From Eledone cirrhosa (lineage: Eukaryota), in assembly GCA_964016885.1 (NCBI GenBank), contig OZ024759.1, positions 21,514,001 through 21,578,000 of the forward strand: 64,000 nt of DNA, written 5' to 3'. A model generated the notes under the pieces. It made no database searches, had not been told where the DNA came from, and was given only the letters and a program-made list of their open reading frames with translations. The translations under genes and the position numbers were made by a program. This document shows, piece after piece, positions 1 through 11,124 of this stretch (the first letter of the stretch is position 1; every line of letters starts with the position of its first letter).

Positions 1-290
1 ATGTGTCTGAAGTTCGAATCGTTACGAGGTCTTCGTGGCTTATTCAGCTGGGACTGTTTGCAGGATGGCTACTTGCTGGCCTGCGTTCCCGGACCTCGCG
101 AACAACCATACACATACATTTTATGTCAATAAACCTCACATGCATTTTGGATATTGTGTTTATGTGAAGGGATTTTTATGTGGCTTTCTGGCACATCTTA
201 ATATTAACCAGAATCTTTTGGATCTGTCATCTTTGATCATAGTCAATATTATACCTGTCTAGTTTTGAACGAAATTTTTTTTTTTTAGAT

Positions 291-328
<38 letters not shown>

Positions 329-1503
329 AATCAAAGATTAACTGTTGGTCAGTATTAACTAGATCGATAGCATTTTAACCTAGGTAGCATAGAACCATTT
401 AGATTCTTCTTACGAAACTTCATTTACTTTCTTTGTTCGTTTTCAACACTTCATTTACATTCTTAGTTTAGTTACCTCCCTCGATGTAGGAAGGGTTTTC
501 TTGTTTCCTCTATTTAAATCTATATATAATAAAAGACGAAATAGAAAGAATTTAATACAGTTTAATATTCGTTTTATTGATAACGTATGTAAATGACATT
601 CATTTCCTTTTACAGATGTCCAGCCTTCAAGGTCATATGCTGTGTTATTTGTCGTAACAAGTGGGAATGGCGAAGTTTCTGTAAATAAAAAAGGTTACAT
701 TTTATATACAAATCATGTTCAGTTTATTTTGACAAAAATGAATAAAGAAATCAAGTAGAGGTTTACCAGTTGCCTCAAAAGGTAGATGGCCTCCGTAGTA
801 CTTTTACCTGTCACAAATCCAAACTATAGAGGTATGTAATGTTTTCTTTGCCCTATACACATACATGTTATTAGATGCATACTTTATGTCAACAACTCTC
901 ACACTTTGGATCTTGTGTTCATGTGGCTTTCTGGCACATCGTCACTCACTCAACATGCTTTCTTTGAAATTAAAACATAATTTACATACAAATAGTGTTA
1001 GCCCTTCTAAGAAACTAAACTAAACCATCTCGACACTATAGACATACTTTCTAACTCAAATTTCTCTCTATAAACCTCATTCTGTAGATCTTTCTTTAGA
1101 GACATACATATAAAACTATATACTCTCAACTAAGAAAAATATATAAACCTTCTTCTCTATACCTTTCCTTTTTTCTTCTAATAAACCTCTATACACAGCT
1201 ACATTTTATTATTTTCTCTATTTCTTTCACACGTGTCCTCTTCTATGTAGAGAGAAACCTTTGTGAGAATCGAACTCTCGATTGTAAAGTCCGACAACTT
1301 TACATAAATACTTTGCGCATTGATGTCCAATTATTTCGGCGCATGCGTACTTTAGTGAAAATTAAATGGTCGCATGAAGAACTACATGTTTTACAACGTG
1401 AATTTAAAAAAACGTTAAAAACTTGGATTTTACTAATTTTACGGAGGTAAACTAAAGCTTTATTTTATGTTGATCAATTTTATTGAAACACTTTCTGTTT
1501 ATT

Positions 1504-1614
1504 TCCCTCCATAATTGTTTCTACATTTGGCACAAGGCCAGCAAATTACCCAGTGCATTACTGGTACTTTATTTTATCGACCCCGTAAGGATGAAAGGCA
1601 AATCCCTCCATAAT
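1504..1614 (-). mobile_element. 5'-truncated tRNA-derived SINE inserted in the left palindrome arm, with 12-bp TSD
   Basis: 1516-1602 matches the 3' half of the SINE seen at 47105-47290. It is flanked by TCCCTCCATAAT at 1504-1515 and 1603-1614 and is absent from the mirror site near 5330. Confidence 0.85.
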
Positions 1615-2961
1615 GTCAGAAATAATTATTTAAACATTAGTTTTGTTTAGCCACATCTACATTCTAATGTAATACAACACCCTCCTCATACATATTTCTT
1701 GCTCATACGAAATAGTGTATTTTGTTAATTATTATTTAAGCTTGTAAATAATATATTTCTATTTCCCTTCGTGATATCCTCGTATTTTGTAATCAGAGGT
1801 TAACTGTTGATCCGTGTTAACTAGATCGATATCGCTTTAACTTTTAACCTACAATCATTTATATTCTTAGTTTCTTTCGTTAGAAACTTTATTTACATTT
1901 TCAGTTTCTTATTTTCCCACCAACAATATTATGTAGACGATAGTTTTGTTTAAGCTACTGCCACATTTCTAGGTCATATGAAATAGAATTTAGCTTATTT
2001 TCTATATTATTTAAATAATATATTTCTAGTTCCCTTCATGATATCCTCGTGTTTTGTTGTAAATTCGTTTTGGAGGACTTGCTCCTGTCACATATGATGT
2101 TGGTTGCTATATATTCTGGTTATTAATATTAACCAGGATCTGTTGTCTTTGGTCAGGGTGAATATTACACCCGTCACGTTTTGGCCATAAAACTTAAGTT
2201 TTGTACCCATTTTTTTTTTTTTAGATATCATGATCGTAATCAAAGATTAACTGTTGATTAATTTAGATATCATGATCGTATTCAAAGATTAACTGTTGGT
2301 CAGTGTTAACTAGATCGATATCACTTTAACCCTTTACATTCTTAGCTTCTTCTCACGAAACTTTATTTACGTTCTTTGTTCCTTTTCAACACTTCATTTA
2401 CATTCTTAGTTTCTTTTCTCGTCATTGAAAACAACTAAGAATGTAGATGAAGTTTCTAAAGAAAGAAATTTAGTTGTGTTTTTTTTTTTAGACATCATCA
2501 TCGTAATCGTAATCAGATCGATATTATTAACCAGATCGATACCGCTTTAACTTTTAATCTACGTAACAAGTAACCGTTTACAATCCTCTTTATGCATTTT
2601 ATACACTTCATCTACCTTCTTATTTCCTTTCTTTAAGAAACTTCATATAGATTCTTAGTTTCCTCTATTTAAATGTTTTTTTATAATAAAAGACAAAATT
2701 GGATGAATTTTATAAAGTTTAACATTCTTTTTATTGACAACGTCTGTAAATGACTTTTATTTCTTTTACAGATGTCCAATCATCGAGGTCATATGCTGTG
2801 TTGTTTGCCGTAACAAGTAGGAATGTCGTAGTTTTTGTTAATAAAGAAAGTTTACATCTTATATACGAATTGTGTTCAGTTTATTTTGCCAAAAATGAAT
2901 AAAGAAATCAAGAGTCTACAAGAAACTGAGTAAGACGCGCTATAAAGAACGTAAGTGTATA

Positions 2962-3240
2962 TGAAGTTTCTAAATAAAGAAACTAAGAGGTAGATAAAGT
3001 TTCTTGAAAGAAACTAAGAATGATGAAGTTTCTAAATAAAGAAACTAAGAGGTAGATAAAGTTTCTTGAAAGAAACTAAGAATGATGAAGTTTCTAAATA
3101 AAGAAACTAAGAGGTAGATAAAGTTTCTTGAAAGAAACTAAGAATGATGAAGTTTCTAAATAAAGAAACTAAGAGGTAGATAAAGTTTCTTGAAAGAAAC
3201 TGAGAATGATAAATTTTTTAAATAAAGAAACTAAGAATGT
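2962..3240. repeat. 62-bp tandem repeat (4 full copies; the mirror at ~3850-3975 has 2)
   Basis: Unit TGAAGTTTCTAAATAAAGAAACTAAGAGGTAGATAAAGTTTCTTGAAAGAAACTAAGAATGA starts at 2962, 3024, 3086 and 3148. Confidence 0.9.
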
Positions 3241-3300
3241 TTTTGAAATTGTCGAAAAATAGATCTATGAAACGTACCCTCTTTTTAAAATTTTTTTATT

Positions 3301-3760
3301 AAAGGGAGGTAACTCTGTAATATTTTTGAGAGAATTACCTCCCTTTGAAACACCTTCGTCACCGTCGTTACCACCGTCGGCACCTTCGTAACCGTCGTCA
3401 CCATTACCGCCGCCACCTGGTGGCGGAGGTAAAGATACCGACGACGACGAAGTTGCACCGCCGTCTTCGTCGGTATCTTTACCGCCGCCACCTGGTGGCG
3501 GAGGAAAAGATACCGACGAAGACGAAGGTGCACCGCCGTCTTCGTCGGTATCTTTTCCTCCGCCACCAGGTGGCGGCGGTAAAGATACCGACGAAGACGG
3601 CGGTGCAACTTCGTCGTCGTCGGTATCTTTACCTCCGCCACCAGGTGGCGGCGGTAATGGTGACGACGGTTACGAAGGTGCCGACGGTGGTAACGACGGT
3701 GACGAAGGTGTTTCAAAGGGAGGTAATTCTCTCAAAAATATTACAGAGTTACCTCCCTTT
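3301..3760. repeat. GC-rich nested-palindrome core, 75-bp period
   Basis: CCGCCACC-W-GGTGGCGG hairpins are centred at 3418, 3493, 3568 and 3643. They alternate with AAAGATACCGACG...CGTCGGTATCTTT hairpins. Flanking AAAGGGAGGTAA...TTACCTCCCTTT hairpins lie at 3301-3346 and 3715-3760. Confidence 0.9.
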
Positions 3761-6289
3761 AATAAAAAAATTTTAAAAAGAGGGTACGTTTCATAGATCT
3801 ATTTTTCGACAATTTCAAAAACATTCTTAGTTTCTTTATTTAAAAAATTTATCATTCTCAGTTTCTTTCAAGACACTTTATCTACCTCTTAGTTTCTTTA
3901 TTTAGAAACTTCATCATTCTTAGTTTCTTTCAAGAAACTTTATCTACCTCTTAGTTTCTTTATTTAGAAACTTCATATACACTTACGTTCTTTATAGCGC
4001 GTCTTACTCAGTTTCTTGTAGACTCTTGATTTCTTTATTCATTTTTGGCAAAATAAACTGAACACAATTCGTATATAAGATGTAAACTTTCTTTATTAAC
4101 AAAAACTACGACATTCCTACTTGTTACGGCAAACAACACAGCATATGACCTCGATGATTGGACATCTGTAAAAGAAATAAAAGTCATTTACAGACGTTGT
4201 CAATAAAAAGAATGTTAAACTTTATAAAATTCATCCAATTTTGTCTTTTATTATAAAAAAACATTTAAATAGAGGAAACTAAGAATCTATATGAAGTTTC
4301 TTAAAGAAAGGAAATAAGAAGGTAGATGAAGTGTATAAAGAAAGAAACTAGGAATGTACATAAAATGCATAAAGAGGATTGTAAACGGTTACTTGTTACG
4401 TAGATTAAAAGTTAAAGCGGTATCGATCTGATTACGATTACGATGATGATGTCTAAAAAAAAAACACAACTAAATTTCTTTCTTTAGAAACTTCATCTAC
4501 ATTCTTAGTTAGTTTCTTTTTTCGTCATTGAAAACAAGAAAGTAAATGAAGTGTTGAAAGGGAACAAAGAACGTAAATAAAGTTTCGTGAGAAGAAACTA
4601 AGAATGTAAAGGGTTAAAGTGTTATCGATCTAGTTAACACTGACCAACAGTTAATCTTTGAATACGATCATGATATCTAAATTAATCAACAGTTAATCTT
4701 TGATTACGATCATGATATCTAAAAAAAAAAAAATGGGTACAAAACTTAAGTTTTATGGCCAAAACGTGACGGGTGTAATATTCACCCTGACCAAAGACAA
4801 CAGATCCTGGTTAATATTAATAACCAGAATATATAGCAACCAACATCATGTGTGACAGGAGCAAGTCCTCCAAAACGAATTTACAACAAAACACGAGGAT
4901 ATCATGAAGGGAACTAGAAATATATTATTTAAATAATATAGAAAATAAGCTAAATTCTATTTCATATGACCTAGAAATGTGGCAGTAGCTTAAACAAAAC
5001 TATCGTCTACATAATATTGTTGGTGGGAAAATAAGAAACTGAAAATGTAAATGAAGTTTCTAACGAAAGAAACTAAGAATATAAATGATTGTAGGTTAAA
5101 AGTTAAAGCGATATCGATCTAGTTAACACGGATCAACAGTTAACCTCTGATTACAAAATACGAGGATGTCATGAAGGGAAATAGAAATATATTATTTACC
5201 AGCTTAAATAATAATTAACAAAATACACTATTTCGTATGAGCAAGAAATATGTATGAGGAGGGTGTTGTATTACATTAGAATGTAGATGTGGCTAAACAA
5301 AACTAATGTTTAAATAATTATTTCTGACATTATGGAGGGGAAATAAACAGAAAATGTTTCAATAAAACTGATCAACATAAAATAAAGCTTTAGTTTACCT
5401 CCGTAAAATTAGTAAAATCCAAGTTTTTAACGTTTTTTTAATTCACGTTGTAAAACATGTAGTTCTTCATGCGGCCATTTAATTTTCACTAAAGTACGCA
5501 TGCGCCGAAATAATTGGACATCAATGCGCAAAGTATTTATGTAAAGTTGTCGGACTTTACAATCGTGAGTTCGATTCTCACAAAGGTTTCTCTCTACATA
5601 GAAGAGGACACGTGTGAAAGAAATAGAGAAAATAATAAAATGTAGCTGTGTATAGAGGTTTATTAGAAGAAAAAAGGAAAGGTATAGAGAAGAAGGTTTA
5701 TATATTTTTCTTAGTTGAGAGTATATAGTTTTATATGTATGTCTCTAAAGAAAGATCTACAGAATGAGGTTTATAGAGAGAAATTTGAGTTAGAAAGTAT
5801 GTATATAGTGTCGAGATGGTTTAGTTTAGTTTCTTAGAAGGGCTAACACTATTTGTATGTGTATTATTTTTTTAATTTCAAAGAAAGCATGTTGAGTGAG
5901 TGACGATGTGCCAGAAAGCCACATGAACACAAGATCCAAAGTGTGAGAGTTGTTGACATAAAGTATGCATCTAATAACATGTATGTGTATAGAGCAAAGA
6001 AAACATTACATACCTCTATAGTTTGGATTTGTGACAGGTAAAAGTACTACGGAGGCCATCTACCTTTTGAGGCAACTGGTAAACCTCTACTTGATTTCTT
6101 TATTCAATTTTGTCAAAATAAACTGAACATGATTTGTATATAAAATGTAACCTTTTTTATTTACAGAAACTTCGCCATTCCCACGTGTTACGACAAATAA
6201 CACCGCATATGACCTTGAAGGCTGGACATCTGTAAAAGGAAATGAGTCATTTACATACGTTATCAATAAAAAGGATGAACCATTTTTAT

Positions 6290-6870
6290 GGAAGAGTGGC
6301 CCAATCTTACAGTGTACCAAAGCAGTTTCTTTTGCAAATTTAAAGGTTTGTTTTAATATTTTCTATGGCTTCTCCCATCCTTCTCATAGAAAAGTTTGAG
6401 TGTCATTTCAATTTCAAGTAGTGCCTATTTCAGATAGGGTTCCTTATTGTTTTTTCTGTTGTGCATTTAACTGTTTTGAGATCTGGGAATAAGATTTTTG
6501 TCTGTTGTTCTGGCACATGGTTTGTATTGTAATCATATTGAAAATGTGACTCTCTCAGACCACATGTCATTAGTTCTACTAAGTTATGGTCCGAGAAAAT
6601 CGTTAGTGTAACCTTTACATTGCGGATGAGCACTGTGTTATCTGTAAATCAGTTCCATAACATTCTCGCCTCTTGTTGGGAGGAGTACTGCTTGTTCCTG
6701 TGTCTTAGGGCCAGTATGGACTCCATCTGTCTCTGTTCGAGTGATGTCATTCCAGGGACGAGGTGGCCATAGGTAGGTTAAAAGTCTCACAGCAGCAGAA
6801 TGTTGAGACCCTGGTCGACTTTGTCAAGGACTTCTTCCATCCTTCTGAGGCTATCCTCAAACTTACCTTC
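6290..6870 (-). mobile_element. Degraded LINE APE-endonuclease fragment
   Basis: Minus-strand peptide ...TIFSDHNLVEL carries the SDH motif of LINE endonucleases. It abuts the right palindrome arm. Confidence 0.5.
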
Positions 6871-8689
6871 ATAACTTATATTTATCTCCATAACAATTGT
6901 TGTGTGTACAACAACCCCATCTTCACAACACCACCAATAATTGTCTTATGTATATACATAAGACAATTATTAATGCGTTAATAATTTTCTATATACATAC
7001 ATTCTATTAGATATACACCTTTCACAAAACACCAATTTCATGTAGATTTCCTTTTTCGACTTTTCAGAAAACATATATACATAAGACAATTATTAATGCG
7101 TTAATAATTGTCTTATGTATATAATAAGACAACCCACACATATGTGTACATATATTTATCTCCATAATAATTGTTCTGCATATATGTACAAAATACTAGT
7201 AGATTCTAAATTAATTTAAATATAGAAACGGAATAAGAGTGAGATAACACACTAAATATATTTTGAGACGTGTTACCTCCCTTTCCGTTTCTATATTTTT
7301 TTTTAAAAAATGAATAAAATTTTACCTATAAGTATACTAATTCTACTTAGTAGAATTGCAGCTTTGCGCGGCGATGCGCGTAGCGGTTCCGACTTTGTCG
7401 TCTACCTATGTATGGCGTGACCATTCTATGTGTCTGAAGTTCGAATCGTTACGAGGTCTTCGTGGCTTATGCAGCTGGGACTATTTCGCAGGCTGGCTAC
7501 TTGTCTGGCCTGCGTCTCGATTTTTGCTTAAAATTTTATTAGAATTATTTCCCCTTTTTTAAACTCTTCTTTTTTTGAAGTGACTTTTTTTCAAGTAACT
7601 TCCGGTTCTTTGGAAGAGAACCATTTTGGATATTACTTTCATGTAGAGAGGTATGTAATGTTTGCTTTGCTCTATACTAGGACTAATATATACACTTCAT
7701 GTCAATAACGCTCACATTTTGGATATTGTTTTCTATATACATACATTCTATTAGATATACACCTTACACAAAACACTAATTTCATGTAGATTTCATTTTT
7801 CGACTTTTCAGAAAACATACGTTTCATATAGAATTTTTCTCGACATTTCAAAATCACTAGTTTCATATAGATTTTTTTTCTACTCTTCAGAAAACATACA
7901 TTTCATTAGATACACACTTTGGTTATTGTGTTCATATTTTATTTTCTGTGGCTTTCTTTGAAATTTAAAACAAAATACACACAAATAGTGTTACCTCTTC
8001 TAAGAAACTAAATTAAGCCATCTCGACACTGTATACATGCTTTCGAAGAAATATTCACCTAATGAATCTTGATTTCTCGCACACGTGTCCCCTTAAACCT
8101 TGGATTAGAACCTTAGATACTTTCTTTACGTTCTTGGAAGACAGTTGGATGAGATACTTCTTGCTACATTCTTTGATACTCTTAGTTTCTTTCGTTAGAA
8201 ACTTCATTTACAATTTTCGTTTCTTTTTTCAACACTCTTAGTTTCCATCCAACAATATTATTTCTAGTTCATGATATCCTCGTGTATTGTTGTAAATTCT
8301 GGTTATTACTAATAACCTTTTGAGATCTGTCGTCTTAGGTCAGGGTGAATATTACACCCAAGGTTTTAATCTACGTAACTTTGATGTAGGAAAGGGTTTC
8401 CACTTTTTAAATGTATATATAATAAAAGAACAAAATTGGAAGAATTTTATAAAGTTTAATGTTCTTTTTATTTCCTTTTACAGATGTCCAGCCTTCGAGG
8501 TCATATGCTGTGTTGCCGTAAAAAATGTCGAACATCTTATACGAATCGTGTTCAGTTTATTTGACAAAAATGAATAAAGTTTACATATTATATACTATAC
8601 GAATTGTGTTCCGTTTATTTTGACAAAAAAAAAAAAAATAATAATGTATAGACAGTATTACCAGTGTAACAGTCGTCCAAAAGTGTCAT

Positions 8690-9430
8690 TAAGGGTTCGA
8701 ATCCAACAGTCGTCCAAGAATGGAGTCACCATCAAGGTTCCAAGTTTCAAGAACTTTTAAGTATGTAAAGAAAGCATCGAAGGTTCGAATCAAACTGTCT
8801 TCCAAGAATGAACCTTGAAGTATCAAAGGTTCGAATTTAAGTAAGTCAAAAATGTGGTAAGAATGTAATAAGAACCTTGAAGTATGTAAAGAAAGTATCA
8901 AAGGTTCGAATCTAAGTAAGTCAAAAATGTGGTAAGAAGTATCAAGGGTTAGAATGTAATAAGAACCTTGAACCATGTAAAGAAAGTATCAAAGGTTCGA
9001 ATCTAAGTCAAGAATGTAGTAAGAAGTATCAAGGGTTAGAATGTAATAAGAACCTTGAACTATGTAAAGAAAGTATCAAAGGTTCGAATCTAAGTCAAGA
9101 ATGTAGTAAGAAGTATCAAGGGTTAGAATGTAATAAGAACCTTGAACCATGTAAAGAAAGTATCAAAGGTTCGAATCTAAGTCAAGAATGTAGTAAGAAG
9201 TATCAAGGGTTAGAATGTAATTTGAACCATGTAAAGAAAGTATCAAAGGTTCGAATCTAAGTCAAGAATGTAGTAAGAAGTATCAAGGGTTAGAATGTAA
9301 TAAGAACCTTGAACCATGTAAAGAAAGTATCAAAGGTTCGAATTTAAGTCAAGAATCTAGTAAGAAGTATCAAGGGTTAGAATCTAAGATTCTAAGTTTA
9401 GTTAAAAAGGTTCGAATCTAACTGTCTTCC
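8690..9430. repeat. 87-bp minisatellite with GGTTCGAATC motifs
   Basis: Units start at 8976, 9063 and 9150. A shorter array is at ~13310-13560 and an inverted piece at ~17310-17440. Confidence 0.9.
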
Positions 9431-9504
9431 AAGAATGTTAATAACCTTCAAGGGTTTTAAGAATCTAGAAACTTCAAAAATATCATATTACAAAAAATTT
9501 CTAA

Positions 9505-9790
9505 TATGCAAATTAGAAATTATATTAAAAGAAATTTTTTCTAATATAATTTCCAAATTAGCATATTAGATATGCAAATTAGAAATTATATTAAAAGAAA
9601 TTTCTTCTAATATAATTTCCAAATTAGCATATTAGATATGCAAATTAGAAATTGTATTAAAAGAAATTTCTTCTAATATAATTTCCAAATTAGCATATTA
9701 GATATGCAAATTAGAAATTATATTTAAATAAATTTCTTCTAATATAATTTCCAAATTAGCATATTAAATTTCCAAATTAGCATATTAGAT
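9505..9790. repeat. 66-bp tandem repeat of quasi-palindromic units
   Basis: TATGCAAATTAG starts at 9505, 9571, 9637 and 9703. Each unit is nearly its own reverse complement. Confidence 0.9.
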
Positions 9791-9946
9791 TAAATCTTCG
9801 ACAAGTCTCACTATATATATATATGTCGACATATATATATATATACTATGTCGACATAGTAAATATATATATATATATATTTACTATGTCAAAGATTTTT
9901 TTTTCTTCTTTTTTTTTTTATCTAATTTGCATATTAAAAAAATTTC

Positions 9947-10103
9947 AAAAAAAAAGCTTCACGGTGGTCAGGGACGGGCCTTGCATCTATGTGCCGGCCC
10001 AGAATAGTCCCAGGCCGATGCAGTCGCACGCCACCACGAATAGAACGCCAGCCAGGGAGACTGGTAGTCCGAGACGCAGTTCGCACGCCACCGCGAAGGC
10101 CGC
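9947..10103 (-). ncRNA. Candidate ~150-nt structured Pol III-like RNA
   Basis: TATAAGTA lies ~31 nt upstream. A terminal stem CTTCGCGGTGG/CCACCGTGAAG is followed by a T9 run. An internal hairpin folds with G-U pairs only on the minus strand. No known family recognised. Confidence 0.3.
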
Positions 10104-11124
10104 AATTCTACTGAGTTAGATAGTGGTACTTATACGTACTTTTGAAAGATTTTGTTGAAAAAAAAATTAATATATGCAAACGGAACAAAGGGAAGTAATT
10201 TTGGATTTAAATATTTTTTTCATAAGACAATTATTAACGCATTGGTGGTGCTATGAAGATGGGGTTTTCGATGTCTGCCAACGGAGTGTTTAGGGAGTTT
10301 AATTGTGGTGGTTTATCTAAGTTCGATGTCTACGATGGAGAAGGAAGTTAGACATGTCTTTAAACCGCTTTGTTTACCCTCCCGCGAGAGGGTTTAAACA
10401 TGTTTACAGTCAAGCGATACTCATAGAAGATTATACAGCTTAGACATGTCTCTTTTAACCGTTTTCTTTTTTTTTGTCGACATTATGTACATGCCTTTGG
10501 CCCTCTAACCAAGCGTTGGCCACAGCGAAAGTCTTAGAAGCCAGACAGGGCACTGAGCTTTCGAGGGGGAGGAGGTATAGACTGACATATGTACAATCAC
10601 CAAATGATCCACAATTGAAGAACAAGACAGTCACCATCGGTTTTCGATCGACAACCATAAGTGCACCCCGTAACAATACACATATATCACCACATGACCA
10701 GCAACGCATTAACAATTTTGAAATGAAAAATATATTCACACCTGGATTACTTCCATTTATGCCGTTTACATATATCATTTTATCAACGAATAATTAAAAA
10801 AATCGATGTGACTAATACGTACCTTGATGGATTCCAGGTTTAAGGGTGTGCGATTGACACATGTTCTTGGGATGTTAAAAGACAGGTCAACCTTTTATAA
10901 GCTGCAAATGTGGGCCGTATGGAGGGACAGCAGACCTCACCTTATATCAGATGTGACACCTCTCAGTATGGAGAGATCGCTATCACAATATACTGTTAAA
11001 AGACAGGCCCAACCTTATATTAGATTTGACAGTGGGCCGTATCGAGGGGCAGCTACCTTAATATACTAATATACCTAATATCAGGGACGTTAAAAGACAA
11101 ACACAACCTTAGATGTAACAGTAG

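Larger units (their letters stand above)
572..6271. repeat. Giant spacer-less palindrome (arms ~572-3530 and 3531-~6271)
   Basis: The right arm reads as the reverse complement of the left throughout; centre is GGTG|CACC at 3530/3531. The mirror ORFs 3285..3716(-) and 3345..3776(+) give near-identical peptides. Arms differ by a few substitutions, a SINE insertion and tandem-repeat copy number. Confidence 0.95.
7140..11120. repeat. Segmental repeat unit A (second copy at ~11935-14650)
   Basis: Collinear near-identical blocks, e.g. 7428 vs 12087, 7651 vs 12327, 8484 vs 13118 and 10221 vs ~13845. The same module also opens the window at 1-105. Confidence 0.85.

Noticed and set aside
617-690. Cys-rich peptide CPAFKVICCVICRNKWEWRSFCK as a terminal coding exon
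   Set aside because: The frame is not preserved among copies and I recognise no protein family; kept only as part of the cassette finding.
3285-3776. Mirror 143-aa Arg/His-rich ORFs resembling protamines
   Set aside because: They start at TTG and are a by-product of the palindromic triplet-like core. There is no independent sign of a gene.
572-6271. Pure sequencing fold-back artefact
   Set aside because: Disfavoured because the arms carry structured differences (SINE with TSD, repeat copy number), but not excluded without reads.
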